A stretch of DNA of 63,843 nt, counting the filler, from Octopus bimaculoides (lineage: Eukaryota), in the NCBI RefSeq assembly GCF_001194135.2. It is 6 parts of 6 records of this genome, joined end to end, with 100 filler letters (N's around TTAATTAATTAA, not from the genome) between each part and the next. Parts side by side here need not be neighbours in the genome. Positions count along the whole stretch, not along the records: positions 58,450 to 63,843 come from NC_068986.1; 5 more parts are not named here. One strand, written 5' to 3'. Numbering within the stretch: the first letter of the stretch is position 1; the number at the start of each line of letters is the position of its first letter. Under the pieces are notes generated by a model that was not told the DNA's origin, made no database searches, and saw nothing but the letters and a program-made list of their open reading frames with translations. Shown in pieces: positions 63,705 to 63,843 of the stretch. A program made the translations under genes and the position numbers.

Positions 63705-63843
63705 AGAACGAGATACTGCAGCAGCCTCGGTTTCAGAGGACCTCAGCTCTTCAATGCTCTGCCAAAACATTTGAGAGACATGCAAGACATGGATGCGGAG
63801 GTCTTCAAGACAAAACTTGACGCTTTCCTCTCCACGATACCAG
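63705..63843 (+). mobile_element. CR1-like LINE ORF2 C-terminal fragment, truncated by the window end
   Basis: Open frame RTRYCSSLGFRGPQLFNALPKHLRDMQDMDAEVFKTKLDAFLSTIP; the F..R...LFN.LP and FK.KLD.FL motifs are typical of CR1/L2-group C-termini. Confidence 0.75.

Overview
AT-rich, microsatellite-dense animal genomic DNA from a draft scaffold. The SINE/LINE families look like octopus, probably Octopus bimaculoides; this is pattern recognition, not a database result. About 7-8 kb is N. Five 100-bp artificial linkers (44N-TTAATTAATTAA-44N) split the window into six joined pieces, and one Illumina adapter remnant is present. I see no intact, nameable host gene and no prokaryotic-type system. 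Nearly all ORFs in the track are artefacts of N-runs or microsatellites. Real content is decayed transposons: a Tc1 transposase with DD36E spacing, three mariner fragments (two showing DD34D spacing), three L1/Tx1-like LINE ORF2 fragments of different ages, RTE and CR1-like 3' ends, four recurrent SINE-like families, and piggyBac-, pogo- and hAT-type MITEs. There are also several short splice-site-bounded candidate exons and micro-exons. Best leads: the DD36E (Incomer-type) Tc1; a tRNA-like fragment + T5 + RTE-tail chimera; a near-perfect 104-bp hairpin; + strand micro-exon candidates inside a CpG-decayed first segment (probable methylated gene body); and a 132-codon frame broken only by TGA. 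None is established as a novel system from sequence alone.
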